Source: an uncultured Eubacteriales bacterium (lineage in GTDB: Bacteria > Bacillota > Clostridia > Christensenellales > CAG-917). Taken from it: a DNA stretch of 63,222 bases. Of the stretch, positions 9,364 to 17,700 are shown piece by piece. The stretch lies in assembly GCA_900322215.1 (NCBI GenBank), contig ONYW01000005.1:1-63222 (forward strand), written 5' to 3'. How positions within the stretch are numbered: position 1 is the stretch's first letter; the number at the start of each line of letters is the position of its first letter. The position numbers and the translations under genes were made by a program. The notes below the pieces were generated by a model, which saw only the letters and a list, made by a program, of their open reading frames with translations, searched no databases and was not told where the DNA came from.

Positions 9364-12300
9364 ATGAAAGTTTTAAGAGGCACTTTAACTTTTGTTCTCG
9401 GTATGATAATCGGTATCATACTCTTCGTTCTTGCCATAGGCGGTACGGTTGTTGCGCTCGGTATGGCGGTTAAAGTCGGCGATTTGCAGTCAAAAGTCAC
9501 GGATCAGGAGATCATCTCTTCCGAGAGCAACCTCTACGGCGAGACTATACTTGACGCGGTCAAATCCGTCATCGACGACGTGAAAGGCTTTGATACGCTC
9601 ACACTCTCCACCCTCTACAACCACTACGGCATCTCCGTGCTTAACGGCGTCGGCGGAATAGACTTTACGAACAAAGATTTTTACTCCACTCCGCTCAAAA
9701 CGATAATGAACGACTTTTCCGTCGTCGTCAACAGCTTTACGCTTCGCGACGTCAGTTCCCTCACGGGCAACGACTTTGAAGAATATAATCTCCCTATTCT
9801 CACGGACAACCTCGACAACAACGTGCGTACGGCACTCGACAACATTTTGGGCTCTATCAAAGGCGACCTCACCGTCCGCACGATAAAGACAAAACTCATC
9901 CCGGATTTCAACGTTGAAAACGACCTTATCGGCGCACTCCAAGACATTCCTTTCTCGCGTTTCGGCAGCGCAATAAACGCTTTCAAACTTTGCACATTCC
10001 TCACCGTCAACACGGACACGTTCGTGCCTTACGGCGAAGTGCGAGTGTTTGTTAAAGCGGACAGATACGAACAAGTCTCGAAGGAAGACCTCAAAAACGC
10101 GTCGTACGTCGTACCCCACGGAGTCGAGACGTTCAACGCGGACGCCGTCGCCTCTACCGAGGGCGGCAAAGAGGACACCTTGATTCAAAAGGAACTCCGC
10201 TTTGTAAAGAAAGAAAAGGACGGCGCGACGTCCTACGTCGTGGACAACTCCTGCTACGGGGAAGACTTTGACGCGGACAAGACCGAACTCACGTTCTTCC
10301 GCCACGTCGAATACGAGCCGTATAAGGCGGGAGAGACGTATCCTGCGGATACGGAGTTCTTTGTAAAATCCTACGCAAACCGCGTGACGAAGTTTGACAA
10401 CACTCTCCCCGGCACGTACGAACTCTATTTCAAGGGCTTCCTCTCTCTCAAAGACCTGTATGTGAACGACGGCGGCACTATGGTGGAACTGAATTCTAAG
10501 GTCTTAGCCCCAACAATCAACGCATACGCCTGCGCCTACAAGGACGCGGACGGGAACTTCGTTCCTGCGACATCTTATTCCGTCACGGACGAAACGATAA
10601 AGAAGGAGAGCAAACTCAAGCGCACGGACGCGCCGACGCGCGAAGTGTACTTCAAGGTGCATGACGGCACTTTCAAGCCTCTTCTTCAGTCCTTTGCGTA
10701 TCTCTCCATTGCGGAATTGCAAGATATGGACGACTTTGTCGACGGTATCACAATAGGCGACGTCGTCGAAGTCAGCGAATCTTCTCCGAAGATTTTGCAG
10801 GCGCTCAAAGACACGTCTCTTAACAAGATGTCGGACAGAGTCGACGAGCTGCGCCTTGACGAAGTCATCGAAATCAACGACGAATCTTCTCTCATTCTCA
10901 AATCCTTCAAGAAGAAGGGCACGCGTATAAACGGACTCGGCGACGCCGTGAAAGAACTTAAAATCGACGAAGTCGTGGAAATCGACGACGACTCCCCTCG
11001 CCTCATGCAGTCTCTCAAAAAGCGCGAATGCAAGATAGACGAACTCGGCGACGTTATAGATACGCTCACGATGGCGGAGATCATCGACATATATGAGTAT
11101 CACCAAGTGGAAACCTCCGATTCTTTGTCAGACAATAAATTCCTTGTCTGGCAACATGGCGCCGACACACAAGTCGGGTATGTAAAATATGACGAGACAA
11201 GGCACGCAGACGAACCCGTCAGATACAACTATGACGGCACCGAATACGTCGAAGTCTTAGACGGAAAATATGTCTACACAGACACTCCGACGACGTTTGT
11301 GAAAGATTCAAGCGGTAAGTATATCAAGAGCCCTATCGCATTTGAGCCTGTAAACAGAAGCCTTGCAACAATAGAAGCGGCATATAAATACACCTGGGTA
11401 AAAGGCAATCTTGATCCGTCGACTCCGGCTGACGTGGACACCTTCACAGCTCTCGCTGAAAGCGGCAACATATACTACTTTGACGACTCGGACTATCTAA
11501 ACAACGTCACACTCTGCACGTACTTGTTCTCACAAGGCGCAACCGACAGTTCAAAACTCGACAATCTCTATTATAGAGAAAACAGCGCGCTTGGCACGGG
11601 CAACTCATACTATCAATTCAGCGAACCGAATCTCTTTGTGAATGTGCTTGGTGTGTTTATCCCGTATGAAGCGACAAACCCGGCGCATTATGATATGACG
11701 GTTTATGCCCTGCAAACGTCTCCGTACGTTGCCGGCGACGAAAGCGACTATAAGTACTACGTGCGCTATGACGAATACAAGGACGTGGCTGTGAGCAACG
11801 ACGGCACAAACTACACCTACGACCTTGGTGGAACGAAACTCGGCGCGGCAAACAAATATTCAAGACAATACTGCGAAAGCGTATATCTTAAATGCGACGA
11901 TTTGACGCTTTACCCTATCGACCAATACTTTGTGTTCATCGACGGCAAATACGTCAAGTATGACGCGGAAAAACACGAAGGACTGGATACGTTCGTTATC
12001 GTTCAAGCGTTCCTTGCAGACGAATCGCAGGTTGAAACTCTTGACGCAAGCGATTATACAAGAGTACACGTCATTCACGAAAAGAGCGCGCCTGTGCTCA
12101 GAATGATGCGCGAACACAACATCAACGATATGAGCTCCGTTGTCGGAGACGCGGTAATCGACGATCTCATGGACATCTCCCCTGACAATCTGTTCGGCAC
12201 GGACAAGATCAAAAACTCAAAGATCAGCGATCTCGGCAGCGCAATGAGCGGTTTGATGAACGAAATGACAATCAACAAGCTTCTCGATTGGGCAAACGTC

Positions 12301-12426
12301 ACGACCATTGATCCAAAAGTCAAGTCCGCTATCGGAGACGCAACGCTTACGTCCTTCTTCAACAGTTTGACATATCAAAACGGCTCGATCACCGTCAATA
12401 TGCTCGAACTCTATGGACTTGAATAA
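9364..12426 (+). CDS. Large N-terminally membrane-anchored protein with ~35-aa helical repeats, function unknown
   Basis: GAGGTGA RBS; hydrophobic N-terminus; tandem repeats of the form L.IDEV.EI.D.S..(I/L)L.SLK....I..L.D.V. Confidence 0.85.
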   Translation: MKVLRGTLTFVLGMIIGIILFVLAIGGTVVALGMAVKVGDLQSKVTDQEIISSESNLYGETILDAVKSVIDDVKGFDTLTLSTLYNHYGISVLNGVGGIDFTNKDFYSTPLKTIMNDFSVVVNSFTLRDVSSLTGNDFEEYNLPILTDNLDNNVRTALDNILGSIKGDLTVRTIKTKLIPDFNVENDLIGALQDIPFSRFGSAINAFKLCTFLTVNTDTFVPYGEVRVFVKADRYEQVSKEDLKNASYVVPHGVETFNADAVASTEGGKEDTLIQKELRFVKKEKDGATSYVVDNSCYGEDFDADKTELTFFRHVEYEPYKAGETYPADTEFFVKSYANRVTKFDNTLPGTYELYFKGFLSLKDLYVNDGGTMVELNSKVLAPTINAYACAYKDADGNFVPATSYSVTDETIKKESKLKRTDAPTREVYFKVHDGTFKPLLQSFAYLSIAELQDMDDFVDGITIGDVVEVSESSPKILQALKDTSLNKMSDRVDELRLDEVIEINDESSLILKSFKKKGTRINGLGDAVKELKIDEVVEIDDDSPRLMQSLKKRECKIDELGDVIDTLTMAEIIDIYEYHQVETSDSLSDNKFLVWQHGADTQVGYVKYDETRHADEPVRYNYDGTEYVEVLDGKYVYTDTPTTFVKDSSGKYIKSPIAFEPVNRSLATIEAAYKYTWVKGNLDPSTPADVDTFTALAESGNIYYFDDSDYLNNVTLCTYLFSQGATDSSKLDNLYYRENSALGTGNSYYQFSEPNLFVNVLGVFIPYEATNPAHYDMTVYALQTSPYVAGDESDYKYYVRYDEYKDVAVSNDGTNYTYDLGGTKLGAANKYSRQYCESVYLKCDDLTLYPIDQYFVFIDGKYVKYDAEKHEGLDTFVIVQAFLADESQVETLDASDYTRVHVIHEKSAPVLRMMREHNINDMSSVVGDAVIDDLMDISPDNLFGTDKIKNSKISDLGSAMSGLMNEMTINKLLDWANVTTIDPKVKSAIGDATLTSFFNSLTYQNGSITVNMLELYGLE

Positions 12427-12524
12427 CACACACTTCGTGTGGTTAATAAACGAGCATTGAACGAACAAATAAACGTGGTTCCGCATCTCTTCTTTATGTA
12501 CGGCGACAAAACCGCACGGTTTTT

Positions 12525-13076
12525 ATGATTAGACAATATTCGCAAGAAGATAACAAGGCAGTCAGATACACCTGTCACGCCTCATCCAAGAACCCTGCAC
12601 ACAAGGCATCTTTGCGCCTTGTGTGTATGCTATACTGCGACTACTACCTTGCGACGGACAAGAGCCATGCGTTCGTGGCTACGGATGAATTTGACAAACC
12701 GGTCGGCTACGTGCTGTGCGATACGGATTTCAAAAAATATTCGCAAATTTATCCGACCTACATTGCGGACGCAAAAAAGGAGAGCAGGAAAGACTTTGCA
12801 AACAGCAAACTCATTTTGAAAAGTTGCGAAGAGATAGCCTCGGACTACCCCGCGCATCTGCAAATCAACGTCTTGCCCGCCTTTCAAGGACGCGGAATAG
12901 GCAGAGCGCTCGTGGAGACCGAACTCGCCCGCCTTAGAGGCGAGGGAGTGCGCGGAGTACACGTCGTCATAAAGCAGACCAACAAGGACGCAATAGCCTT
13001 TTTTGAGCGGTTGGGATTTGCCAAAATCCTGCGGATAAAGAGAATGTTCTTCGTGCTTGGCATCACCCTGCTTTAA
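12525..13076 (+). CDS. GNAT-family acetyltransferase
   Basis: YPAHLQINVLPAFQGRGIGRAL and N..AIAFFERLGF motifs. Confidence 0.9.
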   Translation: MIRQYSQEDNKAVRYTCHASSKNPAHKASLRLVCMLYCDYYLATDKSHAFVATDEFDKPVGYVLCDTDFKKYSQIYPTYIADAKKESRKDFANSKLILKSCEEIASDYPAHLQINVLPAFQGRGIGRALVETELARLRGEGVRGVHVVIKQTNKDAIAFFERLGFAKILRIKRMFFVLGITLL

Positions 13077-13091
13077 TGCTTGCTACAAATG

Positions 13092-13119
13092 AAAAAGCCA
13101 TCTTGATAGATGGCTTTTT
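13092..13119. terminator. Bidirectional intrinsic terminator
   Basis: aaaaagccatc-ttgata-gatggcttttt between convergent genes. Confidence 0.8.
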
Positions 13120-13152
13120 GTTTTTCTTTTTTGCTCTGTTGTATTGACAAAC

Positions 13153-13992
13153 TTAGTTCTTGTTTGCCTCTGCGCCGAGTGCGTCGAGGATCTCGAAGAC
13201 AATATTGCAGGAGTTCTCTGCCGCGATATCGCCGAAGTTCGCATAACTCTCGTGCGCCTTGCCGTCCGCCTTGTCCGAAAGCGCGCGAATGACGACAAAA
13301 GGAACGCCGTATCTTATGCAAATCTTTGCGACGGACGCACCCTCCATTTCGCAGGCTACGGCGTTGTATTTTGTTTGAAGCATAGCGACGTAATCTTCCG
13401 ATGCGATAAACTGATCTCCCGTGGCGATAGTGCCCTTGTGCACGAACTCCGCGCCGAGCACTTTCACCGCCGCGTTGTAGGCGATGTCGACGAGCGCCTT
13501 GTCGCACTCATAATACTCGCCCGGCTTGTTGCCGAACCCGGGATCGCCGGATCTCCACTCGAAGCCATCGTTGGTGATGATGCCGTAGTCGTGCTCTACA
13601 AGGCTTGTTGCGACGATCTCGTCAAGGACGTCCGTTCCGTCCGCGACTCCGCCCGCAATACCCGTAAAAATCAATTTTTCGATGTTGTAGTTGTCAAGCA
13701 AAATCGTTGCACCCGAGGAGGCGAACACCTTGCCTATTCCCGACTTTGTGATGACGACGTTTTGTCCGTGCAGGGTGCCGATATAGTATTTCTCTCCGCC
13801 AATCGTCTCCTCGCGCTCGATACTTGCGTCTCTAACAAGCGCGGCAATTTCGTTGTCCATAGCCGAGATTATGCCGATATACTGCTTGTCGGACGCAGGA
13901 TTTTTCTCCGCCTTTTTGTCGCAAGCGACAAAACTTACGGCTGAGACAAGCAGCACGATTGTCAAAATCAAAACTACTGAAATCTTTTTCAT
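13153..13992 (-). CDS. mtnN: 5'-methylthioadenosine/S-adenosylhomocysteine nucleosidase with lipoprotein signal peptide
   Basis: IGIISAMDNE, SGIGKV, FTGIAGG, ATGDQFI, CEMEGA and IRALSDKAD motifs; N-terminus MKKISVVLILTIVLLVSAVSFVA-C lipobox. Confidence 0.92.
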   Translation of the reverse strand: MKKISVVLILTIVLLVSAVSFVACDKKAEKNPASDKQYIGIISAMDNEIAALVRDASIEREETIGGEKYYIGTLHGQNVVITKSGIGKVFASSGATILLDNYNIEKLIFTGIAGGVADGTDVLDEIVATSLVEHDYGIITNDGFEWRSGDPGFGNKPGEYYECDKALVDIAYNAAVKVLGAEFVHKGTIATGDQFIASEDYVAMLQTKYNAVACEMEGASVAKICIRYGVPFVVIRALSDKADGKAHESYANFGDIAAENSCNIVFEILDALGAEANKN

Positions 13993-14112
13993 TTGCAAAC
14001 TCCAAACGAACACGCGTGGCGCCGATATTTTGCAAAATCGCTACTTTATGACGTCGTTTTATGTGCATAACCTATATTTTTGGCAATTTTTTGTTTTCTT
14101 TGTCCTTTGCCG

Positions 14113-14637
14113 TCAGGAATCGAAGAAATTGTTTCCGTCGTCCGTCACAAGGCGCTCGGTGTGCGGGTACTCGAATATCGCGGGGTTTGCCTCGTTGGCT
14201 TCGAGGTAGGAGACGAACTCGTTTGCATACCACTTTGCCATCTCGAGGTTGTGCATGCGGAAGTAGCCGCAGTTGACTGCCGTTGCGCCCGGGACTTCGG
14301 TCGCGTCGTCCACCGCCTTGAATGCGGCGAGCAAGAGCGGATAGAGGTCTTGCGGTGCGCGGTCGCCTTTCAAGATGAGGTAGAAGCCGGTGAGACAGCC
14401 CATAGGCCCCCAATAGACGACCTCGTCCTTCCAGTCCTTGTCGTTGCGCAAATACGTCGCGATGATATGCTCGAGCGAGTGCATAGCCGCCACGTCGATG
14501 ACGGGCTCTCTGTTCGGGCGTTTGAGCCTTATATCGTAAGTCGTGACCGAATATTCGCCAAGTCGGTCCACCCTGCTCGTGAATATGCCGGGGACGATGC
14601 GCGTATGGTCAACCGAAAAACTTTGAATGAGTTCCAT
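14113..14637 (-). CDS. luxS: S-ribosylhomocysteine lyase (AI-2 synthase)
   Basis: SFSVDHT, MHSLEH, GPMGCLTGFY and PGAT..NCG motifs. Confidence 0.96.
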   Translation of the reverse strand: MELIQSFSVDHTRIVPGIFTSRVDRLGEYSVTTYDIRLKRPNREPVIDVAAMHSLEHIIATYLRNDKDWKDEVVYWGPMGCLTGFYLILKGDRAPQDLYPLLLAAFKAVDDATEVPGATAVNCGYFRMHNLEMAKWYANEFVSYLEANEANPAIFEYPHTERLVTDDGNNFFDS

Positions 14638-14739
14638 AACTTTCTCCTTTGCTCGTTTCTTTCCTTATTATACAAAAACAAGAGAAAAAAGTCGACAAAA
14701 TCGCCGACTTTTCTTGAATGTGAGTATTTGAAGCGATGA

Positions 14740-17700
14740 TTAGACCTTCAACTGGTCTTTGTCGAGCTTCTTTTCGTTGCCGCCGAAGTTCAAGATGTCG
14801 TTGTTCAACTCTTCCGCTTCGTCGTCGAGATCGAGATCGAAGCGTTCGCCGCCTTTATCTGCGGCTTTTTCTTCCACTTCCACCTCGCCTTTGTTTTCGA
14901 CCTTTTGTTCCGCTTTGTTTTGGATTTGCGGTTCGTCTTCGAGATCGATGTCGATGTTTTCAACCTGTGGCTCGTCTTGTTTGACCTGTGGCTCGTCGAC
15001 TTTTTTGTTTGCTGCGGTGTTACCTTTGATCGGTGCCTCACCAAGTCTTGTGAGTCTTGCGTCTTCCGCCGCTATACGCTCCGCCATAGTCTGTTGCGGG
15101 ATATCGCTGGTCAGATCCTCGCTTTGCATATACTTGTTGGCAATAAATTGCTCTTTGGAGCGCTTTGCGTTTTCGACGTAGCGATCATACAGCTCGTTCT
15201 TCTCTTCCTTGCTCAGTTCGTTAAGGTCAAAGTCTGCGCCCGGATTCTTTTCGTTGAATTTCTTCGCGTAGTCTCTGAGGTAGTCGTTTTTGGACATGAG
15301 TTGATCCGCTTCGAACATCTTTGGCGGATTGTCGCCAAACTTTCTGCCGTCCAACTGCTCGTTGCGTCTGTTGAGGTAGTCCTCGGTGATTTTTCCGTGA
15401 CGGAACGCTTGAAGGAGTTCATCCTTGCGTTCTTTGACAGCATCGTCCAGTTCCTTCTTAGCGTCGTCAAGCTGTTGTTGCGCTCCTGCAGCGCCTTTGC
15501 GGACGGCCTTTTGCGCTCTCTCGATATTGGCTTGAAGAGTTTTGAGATCTTTGTTGAGGTCTTTGTCATCTTCGCGAACGCTGTCGCCAAAGTACTTCAC
15601 CGCGTCCGACTTCTTGTAATCTGCGAAGCTCTGTTGCACGTGGTATTTTTCCATCTCGTCAAGCTCAAGCTCGTCGACGTTAAGGCTGATCTGTCCCTTG
15701 CTCACCTGTTCGGTCAGCATATTTTTGACGAAACTCGGGGCGTCCGAGGCAAGACTATTGAGAGTCCTGTACACTTCACTCGATTTGTCGAGGTCAGGAC
15801 GTGCCGTAAGGAACTTGATCGCCGCTCTCTGCATTGCTCTCACGCAGCGAATAGGCTGCAATTCGCTGACAGACAAACGCTCTTTTTCTGGTTTTGGCAG
15901 ATCCTTGGCGATCATCTCCATAAATTTGCCGCCTTCTCTCATGACGCGATCCGCAAACTCTTTCGGGTCCTCGGGGTTGTTCATGAGGTACTCCATTTCG
16001 TCGAAGTACTTTGGCGGAATGATCGTCCTCGTATTAAAGTCCATCGTATGTGCGCCCAAGAGAGAAGCGTCCTGTTGCGGGTCTTTGACAAACAAAAACC
16101 GCTCGATGTGCTTTGTCGCAGTCCGCCATAACTCATTGCGAACTTCGGATAATTCGCTGACAACCTTTTGACCGGACAAAATATGCGAATATTCAGCCGC
16201 GAGATTCTTCTCCCTAAGCGCAGGATCTTTTTCCACTTCGCTGAGGTTCTCCGCCAATCTGCTTGTCTCATAGAGGTCTAAGTTGCCGTTCTGTACGGGA
16301 ACGAAAGCCTCGTACATCGCCTCGGCGCCCGACTTACCTTTTATTGTAAGGTTGATGTCGTCTTTTTTGACGTGTTTTTCGACTTGATAATTCAAAAACG
16401 CTCGAGGATCTTCAAGGAATTTGTCATAGTCGTAGTTTTGCTCTTTAAGTTCGCGATATACCAAATAGATACCGCTGAGCGCGGACGTGCCTTTCGTGTC
16501 GGCGCGGAACTCGGGCGGTAAAGCTCCCGTACGCTCCAAATCCATGTTGCCCGGGAAGAATCCGCCATCCTCTACGCCGTACAGTTTGCTCGCCATGCCA
16601 ATAAGTTCTTTGGCACGGTCGTATTCTTGGATCATCTTGTCGGCGAGTCCAACCGCTTGCAACTTGTCCACAGGATCGTCGCTGTGGATCTTCGCCCAAA
16701 ATTCGTCATGCGCTTTGCCATACTTGTGCAATGCGTAGACCTTGTTTTCGCCTTCTTCCACACTGAATGGCGCATCGTCCAAGCCGTATTCGTCAAATTT
16801 GGCAAAGATATCTTTGATCGCCTTCTTCGTCTCGGGATGATACTCGAATTTTTGCTCTTTGAATCTCTGATACTCTTCTTGCGCTTCAGGTTTGACGATT
16901 TCCCATCGTTCTTTCCCGCTTTCCGTCTTAAATTCTTCTTTTATTTCACCCGCCCAGGTCATTTCCATGTTGCCGCGAGGGGCGACGTCGAATCCTTGCG
17001 CCTTTAGCCCCTGTAAACCATAGGCCCGACGCGTGTTATTAATGCCGTACTTTTCTTGTTCTCTATCTAAGCGGAGAGATCCGACTTCTTTGATATATTC
17101 CTTATCTATGTCGGACATCATATCCTGAACGCGGTCGAGTTTTGCCATGACCTCCGCTTTGCGCTCGTTGGTCAACGGTTTTCCGTCCAAGAACGACATT
17201 TGACCGAACATGGTCTTGACGGAGTCAAACTCTTTTTCGTAGCGAGTAACCTTGGCTTCGTCGAGCGTCATTCTTTCCAACGCGGTCTGTTTTGCGTCCG
17301 CTTTGAGAGCGACGGATCTCACTTGGTCCTCAGGGATGGCTTTGATGAGCGGCTCCCATATCGCAGGGTTTCTTTCGATTTGAAGTCGACTGAGGCTCTT
17401 GGATTTCATCGCGGATTCTTTTGAGTCTGCGTCCATAACGTCGTATACTTTCTGCTTGTCGTTGTCCGAGAGCGTCTTCCACGCTTCGTCAACTAAAACG
17501 AACATACGCTCTTCGTCACGTTCTCTTTGTTCGAATTCTTCGCGATTTTTCAGCCAGTTGTCGCCTACGATAGGTGTGGTCAAAGCCGTTCTCAGTTCGT
17601 TTACTTTTGCAAGAAGAACGTCATTGGTGACTTGTTGACCGGGCTTAAACCACTTGCCGCTGAAATCGACAGGCTCCGGCTCTTTTTCCTCTTGTTTTTC

